From a virus (Duplodnaviria; Caudoviricetes): a DNA stretch of 64,000 nucleotides. Below the pieces are notes generated by a model that saw only the letters and a program-made list of their open reading frames with translations, was not told the origin of the DNA and made no database searches. This document shows, one piece after another, positions 45,296-54,956 of the stretch (its first letter is position 1; every line of letters starts with the position of its first letter). The DNA lies in the IMG/VR virus record IMGVR_UViG_2926965794_000002, positions 32,001 through 96,000 of that record; one strand, written 5' to 3'. The position numbers and the translations under genes are program-made.

Positions 45296-47278
45296 TCAGG
45301 CACTCGCAGCGCGCTTGATGATGGCCGGTTCCGGCTTTGCCTTGACCGCGGCATCCGCCATAATCGCGGCGACCTCGGCCTTCATCAGGGAGACCGAGAC
45401 GGCGTTGCCGATTTGCTTGATCTTCTGGGTCTTGGTGCCGGCGAATTCGTACTCGGCCTCGTCCTCGTTGAAGCCCATCGCCGCGGCGAGTTCGTGCGGC
45501 TCCAGCATCCGGAAGAGGATGTCGTACTGCGGAGTCGCCTCGACGAGGTTGACGTGACCGGTGGCAGTGATTGCCGGGGCTGGCTCGGCGATGTCGTGCA
45601 CCCGCGGCGCCTGCCCTTCCCGCTCGCCGAACTGCGCCGCGATGAATGCGAGCTCGCCGCGCGAGGCCGTCGTCACAGTCGGGATCGGCTCACCAAGATC
45701 GCGGACGCGGTCGCTGCGGTCGTGATGGGTGACCGGCATAACCATGGCGAACTCGCCGCCCTTCGCCGTGGTCAGCGTCGGCAACGGCTCAGCAAGGTCG
45801 CGCGCCGCGTTGCCGCCCTGGGTGTGGGTGACCGGCACCACCATGCCGAACCGTCCTTTCGACGTGACGGTGTCCAGCGGCTCCTCGGCGCTCTTGCAGG
45901 TCTCGCCAGATCCGGAGCCGTAGTAGGGCGAGATCAGGACGTGGCTTTGCTTCGCGACTTGGGTTGGTGTCGGCTCGTCGACCGACCGCGGCGCGCCGCC
46001 GGCGTGGCGGGACAGCACGAACGGCTCGACCAGGTAGCCGCCGCCGTCGCAGTTCGCCGTTGGAGCCGGATCGCCTATCGAGTGCGCCCGGGTCTCTGCG
46101 AAGCCGTCGCCGTGGCGATTGAGGATGAACGGCTCGACCGCGTTACCGTTGATCTCGGCCATCATCTGATCGAACGAAATCACGGGAGAGACCAGCATCG
46201 GCCGCGCGCAGCCCGGGTCATTAGATCCGGCGCCGCCGGTGGTGATAGTGGGGAGAGGATCGTTCGCCGGGCGGGCCGCGCCGCTACCGGTAGCCAGGAC
46301 GAGCGGCTCGGCTAGCCCAATTCGGGCCTGCGTCATCACCGCCGGTGCTGGGTCGTCTACGGATTGCGCGTCCCGCCGGAAGTTCTGCTTCAGCAGGATC
46401 GGCTCGGCCAGCGCCATGTGGAGGCCGTTTGCCGCGACGGTGGGAAGCGGCCGGTCGAGGCTCTGCCCGTCCATGTGGTTGCGGAGAACGACAAGGAACG
46501 GTTCCGGCCAGTTGAACTTGACCGCGCCCGCATAGATCCGGGCCAACGTCTTCGGCGCCAGCGGCTTCGAGCGGTTGAAGATCGACCGGCCCTTGAGCGA
46601 CCAGTCGATGATCTCACGCGCCGGCTTCCACGGCTTCATGCCCGGGAATAGCAGCGTGTCGTCGGCTCGCTTGGCATGCGTCAGCGGTGCCCAGGCCACG
46701 ATCTTGCGGTCGTTGCGCGCCTTCAAAATGAAGCGCTGCCGGGTTGTCGCGTCGCCGTAGTTCGCTGCGTTGAGCTTCCGCCATTCCGGTTCAAAACCGA
46801 GCCGGCGGATCGTGTCGATCCAGAGGGCAAAATACTCGCCCTTGCGGCTCTTGATGGGCTTGCCGGTCCGCGGATCGACGGGGCCCCACCCGATGAACTC
46901 CCAGACGTTCTCGATGATCAGCCGCTTGACGCGCAACTCGGTCAGCCAGGTTACAATATGCCAGGGGTCGGAACGCTGCTGGTCGGAAGTCGGTTTGCCG
47001 CCGCGCGCAACCGAATGATGCGTGCACGTCGGCGACGCCATCAGCAGATCGAGATATCCCTCTGGCACGATGATGTGCGGCCGCACTGCGGCGATGTCTT
47101 CGCAGTAATGCCGGGCGAGCGGATGGTTCTTCTTGTGCGTCTCGATCGCGACGCCCCAGTGATTGACACAGACCAATTCCATCTCGAGCCCGAGTTCGGC
47201 GAGAGCCCGCGCGCAGCCGGTGGACGAACCACCGGCGCCGCAGAGAAGGTCGGCAACGAGGATTTTGCGACGGCCCAC
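45296..47278 (-). CDS. DNA cytosine-C5 methyltransferase with internal repeats
   Basis: DLLCGAGG, SPTC, ENV, RQRF, IGNAV motifs. Confidence 0.9.
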   Translation of the reverse strand: MGRRKILVADLLCGAGGSSTGCARALAELGLEMELVCVNHWGVAIETHKKNHPLARHYCEDIAAVRPHIIVPEGYLDLLMASPTCTHHSVARGGKPTSDQQRSDPWHIVTWLTELRVKRLIIENVWEFIGWGPVDPRTGKPIKSRKGEYFALWIDTIRRLGFEPEWRKLNAANYGDATTRQRFILKARNDRKIVAWAPLTHAKRADDTLLFPGMKPWKPAREIIDWSLKGRSIFNRSKPLAPKTLARIYAGAVKFNWPEPFLVVLRNHMDGQSLDRPLPTVAANGLHMALAEPILLKQNFRRDAQSVDDPAPAVMTQARIGLAEPLVLATGSGAARPANDPLPTITTGGAGSNDPGCARPMLVSPVISFDQMMAEINGNAVEPFILNRHGDGFAETRAHSIGDPAPTANCDGGGYLVEPFVLSRHAGGAPRSVDEPTPTQVAKQSHVLISPYYGSGSGETCKSAEEPLDTVTSKGRFGMVVPVTHTQGGNAARDLAEPLPTLTTAKGGEFAMVMPVTHHDRSDRVRDLGEPIPTVTTASRGELAFIAAQFGEREGQAPRVHDIAEPAPAITATGHVNLVEATPQYDILFRMLEPHELAAAMGFNEDEAEYEFAGTKTQKIKQIGNAVSVSLMKAEVAAIMADAAVKAKPEPAIIKRAASA

Positions 47279-47282
47279 TTAT

Positions 47283-48401
47283 CTAGACCCTCATCGGCAT
47301 GAGGACGTACAGCGAGCCTTCGTCCGTCCCGCGGAAGATGGTCGGCGAGCCGGGGTCGGCGAGATTGACGTTGACGGACTCGCCCTGGACCTCGGCCAGG
47401 ATGTCGTGCAGGTACCGGCTGTTGAAGCCGATCTCCATGGCGTCCCCGGTAAACTCGGCCTCGAGCTCCTCGGTGGCGGCGCCGGCGTCGGGGTTGGTGA
47501 CGTGGAGCGTAATCTTGCCCTCAGCCAGCGACACCTTCACGGCGCGGCCGCGCTCGCTGGAAATGGTCGCGACGCGATCGACGGCCTCGAGCAGATTCTT
47601 GCTGCCGATCTTCAGCGTTTTCTCGTTGTTCTGTGGGATGACGCGGCCGTAGTCCGGGAAGGTGCCGTCGATCAGCTTCGACACCAGGACGATATCGCCC
47701 GAGGTAAACGTGATTTTGCCCTGGCTGAGCTCGACCTGGATCTCACCGTCGGTCGACGCGAACAACCGGTCGACCTCGCCGACCGTCTTGCGGGGAACGA
47801 TGACACCGGGCATGCCGGCAGCACCTTCCGGCAAGTCGACGTCAACGCTGGCCAACCGATGGCCGTCGGTCGCCACCGCGCGCAGGTGGTTGACGTTGCC
47901 TTCCTTGTGGGTGTGCAGGTAAATGCCGTTGAGATAGTAGCGGGTCTCCTCGGTCGAGATCGCGAACTGGACGCGCTTGATCAGCCGATGCAGATCCTTC
48001 GCCTGGATGGCGAACGAATGCGTCATGTCCCCAATGCTGATGTTCGGGAAGTCTGACGGGGGCAGCGTCTGGAGACGGAACCGCGAGCGGCCAGCCTTCA
48101 CAACGACGACCTCACCCTCCTGCTCGATTGTGATCTGCGAGCCGGCCGGCATCTTGCGGACGACGTCGTGGAGCAGCCCGGCCGGGACGGTTGTGCTTCC
48201 CTTCGCGGCCGCCTCGGCCTTCACGGCGTCCGTCATCTCGATGTCAAGATCGGTGGCGCGGAGGCGGATCCTGTCCTGCTCCACCTCGAGCAGCACGTTG
48301 CTGAGGATCGGGATGGTGTTCCTCTTCTCGACCACGCGGACCACGCGGCCCATGACTTTGACGAGCGCGGAATGCTCAACGATTGCTTTGAAGGCGGTCA
48401 A
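47283..48401 (-). CDS. dnaN: DNA polymerase III beta sliding clamp
   Basis: TIPILSNV, ATDLD, EETRYYLNG, ATDGHRL, GTFPDY, GFNSRY, LMPMRV; TTG start at 48401. Confidence 0.95.
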   Translation of the reverse strand: MTAFKAIVEHSALVKVMGRVVRVVEKRNTIPILSNVLLEVEQDRIRLRATDLDIEMTDAVKAEAAAKGSTTVPAGLLHDVVRKMPAGSQITIEQEGEVVVVKAGRSRFRLQTLPPSDFPNISIGDMTHSFAIQAKDLHRLIKRVQFAISTEETRYYLNGIYLHTHKEGNVNHLRAVATDGHRLASVDVDLPEGAAGMPGVIVPRKTVGEVDRLFASTDGEIQVELSQGKITFTSGDIVLVSKLIDGTFPDYGRVIPQNNEKTLKIGSKNLLEAVDRVATISSERGRAVKVSLAEGKITLHVTNPDAGAATEELEAEFTGDAMEIGFNSRYLHDILAEVQGESVNVNLADPGSPTIFRGTDEGSLYVLMPMRV

Positions 48402-48970
48402 AACGGTGTCTCCTTTCGGGATGGGGTGAGCGTCGGTTCGAATAGATCGCCGCGCGGTGCTGCGAAGCGCGGGTCCAGATGGCCGCGAAGCCACCAGGCC
48501 ACGCCGAGACTCTCCGCGGCGTCGAGGGAGGTTATGGTTCGGTCAATCAGTTGCGCGTAACTGAGGGACGCTTCCTTGGTCGCGCGGCCGTTGCCGGTGA
48601 AGGCCTTTCGCCACGTCCCCTGATTGACGTAGATGAATGGAACGTCATGGGCGGCGAAGACCTCTTCGGCGATCGCGCACAGCCCGTAAATCCGCTGGAA
48701 TGTCTTCATCGGCGGGCGCGTCGCCGCCGGCTCAGGGTTTTCCTCAGTGGGCTTTCCCTTGAGCTCGATGTCAGTGCGCAACGGCTCTTCGGCTGCGCCG
48801 TGCTTGACCTGATTGTCCTTGATGATCTGGTAGAGCGTCTTCCGGAAATGCCGAAACACCTGCCCGGAATTCTTGCCTTCCCAATGGAAGGCCCGGGCCC
48901 AGACATAGCGTTCGCCGTCAAGCAACGTGATGCCTGTCGTGGTCGCGATATCTAAGCCAAGGATCTTCAT
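48398..48970 (-). CDS. RuvC-like Holliday junction resolvase
   Basis: ILGLD, AEE, WRKAFTGNGRATK, DAAES motifs. Confidence 0.8.
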   Translation of the reverse strand: MKILGLDIATTTGITLLDGERYVWARAFHWEGKNSGQVFRHFRKTLYQIIKDNQVKHGAAEEPLRTDIELKGKPTEENPEPAATRPPMKTFQRIYGLCAIAEEVFAAHDVPFIYVNQGTWRKAFTGNGRATKEASLSYAQLIDRTITSLDAAESLGVAWWLRGHLDPRFAAPRGDLFEPTLTPSRKETPF

Positions 48971-48975
48971 CGCGA

Positions 48976-49164
48976 TCAGGCGGCCTGAATCGCGGTTTCG
49001 TCGAACCAGCTTTCGGTTTGCCTGCCGTCGCCGGCGCGATAGCGAACCAGATAGCTGTTGACATGGTCCTGATACTCGGCACGGCCGATGACGGTGCCTT
49101 TCTCGTTGCTCTCGATCATGCTCACGGTCGCCTTCAGTTCGTACAGAAACGGCTTACTCTTCAC
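48976..49164 (-). CDS. Small hypothetical protein
   Basis: G.VIGRAEY..YLVRY..DGR..ESW.E; GTG start with GGAG RBS. Confidence 0.6.
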   Translation of the reverse strand: MKSKPFLYELKATVSMIESNEKGTVIGRAEYQDHVNSYLVRYRAGDGRQTESWFDETAIQAA

Positions 49165-49218
49165 GGTCTCTCCTCCATGGTTTCCGGCGGCGGAATTGCC
49201 GCCGGTCATCTCGGTCGA

Positions 49219-49788
49219 TCAGGCCTCGTTGCCGTCGTCGCCTTCGCCCTGCTCGCCGCCGTCCGGCGTCGGCTGCGGCATGGCCATGATGGCGTCACGC
49301 TCCGACCGCGCCTGGCGGAATGCCGCAAGCCACGCCTGCCCCTTGATGGAGCCCGTCTCGTACGGGTTGTCGGATTCCTTGGAGCCGGGCTCGGTATCGA
49401 GCCTGAAGCCGGCGGCGCGGCCCTCGCGCTTCGCGCGCTCGTCTTCCGGCGTCGGGCCGGTGCCGCGCATACCGAAGAGCTCGTACTGGCGCGGGCTCAG
49501 CGTCTTGCCGAGCAAACCGAGATAGAAGCCGGCGCGCTCAACCTCGGTACAGTAGGCGTCGATCGCCTCGTCACCGCCCTCGTACAGCTTGATAGCCAAC
49601 TTGGCGGCGTCGTTATTCATGCCCTGCTGCGAGGTGATGGCGAACACGCCGCGGAGCCGGTTCTTGACCGTGTTGTTCGACTCGTTGGCGGCCTTCGCTT
49701 CCGCCTGCGCGGACCGAATGCGGGAGAGATTGAACGCGTCGAGCGCGCTCTGGGTCGGCTCGTTTGGTCTGTCGGCAGGCGTCGTCAT
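49219..49788 (-). CDS. Hypothetical protein (possible GapR-like N-terminus, RMF-like NPY..W C-terminus)
   Basis: Helical N-terminus, EGRAAG..NPYE..AWLAAF. Confidence 0.55.
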   Translation of the reverse strand: MTTPADRPNEPTQSALDAFNLSRIRSAQAEAKAANESNNTVKNRLRGVFAITSQQGMNNDAAKLAIKLYEGGDEAIDAYCTEVERAGFYLGLLGKTLSPRQYELFGMRGTGPTPEDERAKREGRAAGFRLDTEPGSKESDNPYETGSIKGQAWLAAFRQARSERDAIMAMPQPTPDGGEQGEGDDGNEA

Positions 49789-49934
49789 GGGATTCTCCGG
49801 GGTTGGTCAGTGGGTGATGAAGTCGATGGGCCGTTTCGATTGCCAGCGGAGGCCGACGCGCACCGCGATCGCCGCAGTGCGCAGACGTCGCGCGCGGCAC
49901 GCCCTCACCTGGTCATGGTTGATGTTTCGCGCCC

Positions 49935-50555
49935 TCATGCCGCGGCCTCGGCAGCGTCGAACAGCGGGGTCGGCGCGATGATCTTTTGCTTACGGCGGCG
50001 CTCCGGCCGACTGCCGTCATCGAACTTTCCGACCTCCTTGCCCCAGGCCGTGAAACCATCATGGTTTTCGCGCGAGAACAGATCGCACCGGATCAGCCCC
50101 GGCGTCTTCTCGCGGACATGGTCGTAGAATGCCGCCGGCTTTTGAGAGTGTCCGCGGGCCTTGCCCTCGATCTCGCCATAGAATGCGTCGTGGATCTGGT
50201 ATTCGTTACCGAACACACCGAGCAGGATAGACTCGTGCATGCCCCTGACACGGTAGCCAGTGCCGAGCCGACGCTTCGGCCACACGAGTTCGGTCTTGTA
50301 GAGAGCGCCCCACTGCTCCAGCAGCCACATCGACTTGTTCAGCGTCGGCGGGCAGGCCCAAAGCAAGATGACGCCGTTCGCTCGGATCAGATGCCCGACA
50401 GGAAGCTTGGCGAGGTCGGGCCACGACATGATATCGTACTGAGCCGAAGCCGACTTGCTGTTGCCGTTCGCCGAATAGAGCGTGAACTCGGTCGGCGGAT
50501 CGATAACCGCGAGATCGAAGCCGAACATCGGCAGCGGATCGAAGAACCAACTCAT
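49935..50555 (-). CDS. MT-A70-family adenine methyltransferase
   Basis: IDPP, LLW, W.K..GTGY..R..HE, HSQKP, DLFSRE..GFTAWG. Confidence 0.85.
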   Translation of the reverse strand: MSWFFDPLPMFGFDLAVIDPPTEFTLYSANGNSKSASAQYDIMSWPDLAKLPVGHLIRANGVILLWACPPTLNKSMWLLEQWGALYKTELVWPKRRLGTGYRVRGMHESILLGVFGNEYQIHDAFYGEIEGKARGHSQKPAAFYDHVREKTPGLIRCDLFSRENHDGFTAWGKEVGKFDDGSRPERRRKQKIIAPTPLFDAAEAAA

Positions 50556-50950
50556 GCGCGCACCTCGCGGGTGACAAGCGACTTGGCCACGATCTCGCGT
50601 GAGGCCGGCGTCAGGCCATAACCGATGCTGCGGCGGTTCTCGATCTCGATATCAAGGTGCTTCAGTTTGGCCCGCAACCGGCAGATGACCACCTGTACCA
50701 GGTGGGCGTCGGCAGTGGCGCTGCGGGACACCATGGCGCGCAGCAGCACCTCACCCGATCGGATGCCGTTCGGCGCGGTGTAAAGCGAGCGTAGCGCGCG
50801 GGCTTCCTGCGGAAGGAGATCCCACTCTCGCGGAAAGACGATCTGATCGGCCTCGATCAGCCGGCTGAGGTGGGTGTTCTCGGCCTCCAGTTGAGCGATG
50901 CGCTCGCGTAGTCGCCGGATCTCGAGTTGATCGGGTGTGATGCTCAGCAC
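50552..50950 (-). CDS. Stand-alone OmpR/CtrA-type winged-helix protein
   Basis: VQVVICRLRAKL..IENRRSIGYGL; no receiver domain. Confidence 0.75.
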   Translation of the reverse strand: MLSITPDQLEIRRLRERIAQLEAENTHLSRLIEADQIVFPREWDLLPQEARALRSLYTAPNGIRSGEVLLRAMVSRSATADAHLVQVVICRLRAKLKHLDIEIENRRSIGYGLTPASREIVAKSLVTREVRA

Positions 50951-51297
50951 TGCGGCTCCATGAAATACGCGCGCAGCGCCTCCTCGGCGGCGGTCCGCTC
51001 CGAGATCCGGTTCTCATCGGCATAAGCGCGGATGGCGCGGCGCACTTCGGGCAACGGGTGAACGACGAGACCATCGCCGATGCCTGGCCCACAGACCGAC
51101 AGTGACCGCGACCGGCCCGGTATGCGCTGCAACGCACCGCGCTCGACCGCCTCATTGATCAGGTGAGATACCGCGCCCATGCCGCGGATGCCGAGATGCC
51201 TGCCGATCTCCCGATAGGACGGCGACGAGCCGCGATCCGAGATCCATTGCCGCACGAACTCGACGCACTCTGCTTGGGCGTTGGTGAGGCCGCTCAT
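50944..51297 (-). CDS. LexA-N-type HTH protein
   Basis: LT.AQ..SPSYREIG..LG..V.RG.L.R.PGRSRSL. Confidence 0.75.
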   Translation of the reverse strand: MSGLTNAQAECVEFVRQWISDRGSSPSYREIGRHLGIRGMGAVSHLINEAVERGALQRIPGRSRSLSVCGPGIGDGLVVHPLPEVRRAIRAYADENRISERTAAEEALRAYFMEPQC

Positions 51298-51533
51298 GCT
51301 GGACCTCCCGCCGGCAACGTCGGCTTGATCACCTCATCGGCGTATTGCGAGAACACGGCAAACGCCTTCTCGCGGCCGACCGACCCAATCAGATATGCCG
51401 CGATCGCCTGAAGGTGTGCATCAACCACCATGGCGGCGACGTCCTTGCCGCCGGCATGCTCGACCGTCATCAAGGACACGACGCATTCCTTGCGGGCATA
51501 GTCCTTCATGATGGTCGAGGCGGCGGACTTCAT
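51294..51533 (-). CDS. Small hypothetical protein
   Basis: ATGA-coupled to the GcrA-like gene. Confidence 0.5.
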   Translation of the reverse strand: MKSAASTIMKDYARKECVVSLMTVEHAGGKDVAAMVVDAHLQAIAAYLIGSVGREKAFAVFSQYADEVIKPTLPAGGPA

Positions 51534-52102
51534 GACCATGACGTGGACGCCCTCTGCGCACGATGATGGTCCTGGATTCGCGCCGCGCGCTGTTCCTGCG
51601 TCTCCCTGCCCCTGCGGTTCTGCGCCGGCTGATAGGCCAACCGGGTATGATGGGCGCAATACGGGAGACCGACGAGAGCGCGACCGTTGCAGAAATAGAA
51701 ATCGGGCGTCGCAGGATCTCCGATCGGCCAGCGGCAATCACCCTCGCGAAGATCGAGAACGCCCTTTCGCTGATCTTGCGGAACGCTCGGATCGAAGTCG
51801 GTCGAGTTGCCGGCGGCCTCGTCCCCCTTTTCAGGCGCGGGCTCGTAAGGTTGCGCCAGCACCTGGCGGATGATGGTCTGCCGGCGCGGTGGCGGCGCAG
51901 GTCCACGACGCTGCTTCGGCCCTCGGCTTTCCCGGACCGCTTTGGACCGGCTGTTGGCCAGGCCGAGACGATGAAGCTTCCCGATCACGGCGTTGCGGGT
52001 AACCTGCCCGAGTTCCGCGGCGATCTGCGAGCACGACAATCCGTCCTCATAAAGCTTCTTCAGCTGCGCGACCCGGTCTTCGCTCCAGGTGGATTGCTTC
52101 AT
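51530..52102 (-). CDS. gcrA: GcrA-family cell-cycle regulator
   Basis: WSEDRV..LKKL..GLSCSQIAAELG.VTRNAVIGKLHRLGL and CRWPIGDP..FYFC..YCAHH. Confidence 0.9.
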   Translation of the reverse strand: MKQSTWSEDRVAQLKKLYEDGLSCSQIAAELGQVTRNAVIGKLHRLGLANSRSKAVRESRGPKQRRGPAPPPRRQTIIRQVLAQPYEPAPEKGDEAAGNSTDFDPSVPQDQRKGVLDLREGDCRWPIGDPATPDFYFCNGRALVGLPYCAHHTRLAYQPAQNRRGRETQEQRAARIQDHHRAQRASTSWS

Positions 52103-52344
52103 GGTCGCGCCGCCTTTCGCGCCGATCGGATCTCGCCAAACGACTTCGCGCCACCAAGGCGCAGCCACTTGGCAACATCCGAGCAGAACTCGGCGTGGTC
52201 GATCCAAACGTCCCGACGGCCGCGATGATAGTCGGAGCGTTTGATGCAGGTGCGAGCCAGAGCGATGGCCGCAGCAGAGAGGAGGTTGATCACGAAGAAT
52301 TCCAGGCTTGATGGCGCCGCGGTCCCGCGCGGCCCGTAAGTCAC
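52099..52344 (-). CDS. Small hypothetical protein
   Basis: 81 aa, overlapping neighbours on both sides. Confidence 0.45.
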   Translation of the reverse strand: MTYGPRGTAAPSSLEFFVINLLSAAAIALARTCIKRSDYHRGRRDVWIDHAEFCSDVAKWLRLGGAKSFGEIRSARKAARP

Positions 52345-52790
52345 TTCGAGGCGTTGAGGTCCATGTTCAGCTGACGTAGTCGCGCCTGCGCCTCGCGGTC
52401 TTCGATCTCGCGTTGACGCTGACGCTCGGCGAGCGTCCGGCGCAGCGCCTCCGCTTCAAAAAAGCGATCGCGCACGCGCTCCGGCACCTGCTCCCACATC
52501 GCTTCAAAGTACGCGGTGCCCTCGGCGCTCTCGGTGCGATCGAGCAGATTGAAGAACTGCTCAAACTGGATCGAGCGATCCTTCGAAATCCAGTTGTCGA
52601 TCGTCCGCAGCGAGCAATGAGCGAGGTCAGCAAGGAGCTTCCGCATGCTGCCGCGGTTCGCTCCGTTCTGGGAAATGCGAATGATTTCAGCAGTCATTTT
52701 CATCGACCGCACGTTCGTGCATTTCGAACTGTCGGATCGTGCAGCGTGTCCGTTTGCATTGATCGAAGCGGCAAGCGATGCTGTTCCCAT
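52341..52790 (-). CDS. Hypothetical regulator (CII position)
   Basis: LADLAHCSLRTIDNWIS HTH-like segment; downstream of cro. Confidence 0.55.
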   Translation of the reverse strand: MGTASLAASINANGHAARSDSSKCTNVRSMKMTAEIIRISQNGANRGSMRKLLADLAHCSLRTIDNWISKDRSIQFEQFFNLLDRTESAEGTAYFEAMWEQVPERVRDRFFEAEALRRTLAERQRQREIEDREAQARLRQLNMDLNASK

Positions 52791-53138
52791 GATGAATGCT
52801 CCCTTTTTTCACAAACACAATTCGAGCGTCGCCGTGGTGTCGACGCCTGACAAAGATGACGACTGGGCGCGCGCCGCCCTGGCCGGAACACGAATGCTGA
52901 TTGCGGAAGAATGCTTCGATGCGATGCTGCAGATGCTGATCGATGCCGGCTTGGTGCCGAGGAGCTGCGCGGCGGTCATGCTCGACCGCCTTTCGGAGAA
53001 GCTGCTGCTGCACGCCTCTGAACGCACGGATACACACTGGGCCATCCGCAAGCCCGAACTGATCGACCAAGCGACGAGGTTGTCGACGAAAGCCGCGACG
53101 CTGAAGACCGTGATCGGCGGCGTGTCATGACGACGCCC

Positions 53139-53399
53139 TCACCGACCAGCAGCGTCAGCGGGCGTCCGCGCCGCGACGTTGGCGGCGTAGAGTTCCTCGG
53201 CTGTGACATCGCACAGCCCGCGGATCACGCCCCAATGCCGGTCGGGAATGCCGATCTTCGGCCATTTGTAGACGGCCTCGATCGTGACGATCCCGTCGGA
53301 GGCCTTCGCGATCTCCGCGGCGCCGCCGGCAAACTTGATGATTTCGGGGACCGTCTTGGGACGATCGGCGGTCGGAGCGTCTGCGGAGGCATCTGTCAT
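53139..53399 (-). CDS. Cro-like HTH protein
   Basis: TVPEII..GG..IA..AVYKW...GIP..HW; divergent from cI. Confidence 0.75.
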   Translation of the reverse strand: MTDASADAPTADRPKTVPEIIKFAGGAAEIAKASDGIVTIEAVYKWPKIGIPDRHWGVIRGLCDVTAEELYAANVAARTPADAAGR

Positions 53400-53404
53400 G
53401 GCCT

Positions 53405-53470
53405 CTGGAATTTACTGGAATTTAATTCCGGACACAAGGCATCCGAATTCCATTCCGAAAATAATTCCAG
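53405..53470. promoter_or_regulatory. OR-like operators (CTGGAA-N5-TTCCAG family)
   Basis: CTGGAATTTAATTCCGG at 53415-53431 and degenerate copies at 53442 and 53454, between cro and cI. Confidence 0.7.
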
Positions 53471-53486
53471 TTCCTACACTGGACCC

Positions 53487-54272
53487 ATGGAGATTCTGGA
53501 ACCAAGCAAAGGACTTAACTTGGAGACGCCGCCAATATTATGGAACCACCGACTGCGCTCTGCTCGCAGGTCGAAGGGTATCTCGGTGCCAGATCTCGCA
53601 CGCCTGATCGTCGGCACCGAAGACGCGGACGCGATCTCCGCGATGGTTCAGAAAATCTACAGCTACGAAAAAATCTCAGCGAAGCAGAAACCCGTCGAGC
53701 AGCCTCGCGGCAAAACGATGGATCAACTCGCGAAAGCGTTGGGCGTTAGCGTCCAATGGTTGCGTGACGGAAGCGCAACTACGGGTAACCATAATCCCGC
53801 TGAGCCAAATGTTGGCCTTGACGATCTTAACGTTACCCCAAACCTTACGGGCGAACAAAAAGAAACAAAGTACTCGCGCGACAAAGTGCCAATCTACGGT
53901 AGGGCCGCGGGTGGTCGTGATGGAAGGTTCGTCTTGAACGGGGAAAAGGTCGGCGAAATTTTGCGCCCACCCAGCCTGGAGGCGGTCGCCGAGGGCTACA
54001 GCGTGGAGCAAACCGGGGACTCGATGTCTCCCGCCATCAAGGATGGCTACAAGGTCTACGTCAATCCTAAGCTTCCATACCGGCGCGGCTCGCTCGTCGT
54101 TGTGCAGATCCGGACTGGCGTTGAGAACGAGTTCGACGGCTACGCCAAGGAATTCGTTTCGTTCTCGCGGAAAGAACTGGTCCTCGAGCAGTACAATCCG
54201 CCGAAGCAACTTCGGTTCGACGCGAACCTGGTTGAGAGCATCCACACGATTGTAGGCGTGGAGTTCATTTAG
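53487..54272 (+). CDS. cI: CI-like repressor (HTH plus S24 peptidase)
   Basis: N-terminal HTH..LAKALGVSVQWL, AAG cleavage site, GDSMSP and YAK catalytic motifs; start may be slightly downstream. Confidence 0.9.
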   Translation: MEILEPSKGLNLETPPILWNHRLRSARRSKGISVPDLARLIVGTEDADAISAMVQKIYSYEKISAKQKPVEQPRGKTMDQLAKALGVSVQWLRDGSATTGNHNPAEPNVGLDDLNVTPNLTGEQKETKYSRDKVPIYGRAAGGRDGRFVLNGEKVGEILRPPSLEAVAEGYSVEQTGDSMSPAIKDGYKVYVNPKLPYRRGSLVVVQIRTGVENEFDGYAKEFVSFSRKELVLEQYNPPKQLRFDANLVESIHTIVGVEFI

Positions 54273-54349
54273 CCACCACATCTGGTGGCGTCGACTCTGG
54301 CTCGGAAAGATTCAATGATGCCGGCATACATCGTCATGAGCGAAGAGCG

Positions 54350-54607
54350 ATGCGGCGTCAAAACACTGCAAAAACCGTTATTTCCGAGCCTTTCCTTGAA
54401 ATCCTATGTTCAGACTGCGGTCACTCTGTTGTCTGGACCTGCGAAGACCTCCAGAATTTTCGGATCAAACCGGAGACCACGATCGATGAGCTTGGAAAGC
54501 ACATCCATTGCTCCCGATGCCGCGGTCAGGGCGGCTGGGGCTGGAATGTCGAGATCCACCCTCGCCGCGTTTATCCTGATCAGTCTTGGCGCCGGCGCGC
54601 GGGTTGA
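54350..54607 (+). CDS. Small Zn-ribbon protein
   Basis: CSDC and CSRC pairs. Confidence 0.55.
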   Translation: MRRQNTAKTVISEPFLEILCSDCGHSVVWTCEDLQNFRIKPETTIDELGKHIHCSRCRGQGGWGWNVEIHPRRVYPDQSWRRRAG

Positions 54608-54956
54608 AGCGGCGCAGCCGTCCGAGGAGTCGATCCGCGCCGCTCGCACCGAGATCGCTCGAATGGGCGAGCCAGAACTGCGGTCGCTGCTGAATTATTT
54701 CGCGGAATGCACTGATCGCACATCGCTGAACCAAGCGGTGAGGCAGGCTTGCAAATCGGCGTTCGTAAAATACCAGACCGAGTTTGGCGGAAAGCGAACG
54801 GTCGACAAGCTGATCGCGGAACAGGAAGAGCTCGGCGAGATCCAACGCACCTTCCGCGCCACCGGACAGTCAACGGACTCGAGCTATGTCGAGACCGTCG
54901 ATCGGCAACTTCGCCAGGCGGTCGGCGACGCGCTGAAGGCGAACTCCAGCCGCTAG
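54546..54956 (+). CDS. Secreted / periplasmic hypothetical protein
   Basis: Signal peptide MSRSTLAAFILISLGAGARVEA; two Cys. Confidence 0.6.
   Translation: MSRSTLAAFILISLGAGARVEAAQPSEESIRAARTEIARMGEPELRSLLNYFAECTDRTSLNQAVRQACKSAFVKYQTEFGGKRTVDKLIAEQEELGEIQRTFRATGQSTDSSYVETVDRQLRQAVGDALKANSSR

Noticed and set aside
47283-48401. dnaN as evidence of host chromosome or a prophage boundary
   Set aside because: It is translationally coupled to phage RuvC-like and methylase genes, with no dnaA-recF-gyrB context.
52645-53130. Plus-strand ORF between cro and the CII-position gene
   Set aside because: Antisense to the pR operon with an unclear start; the 3' part (from about 52837) could be real but I cannot support it.
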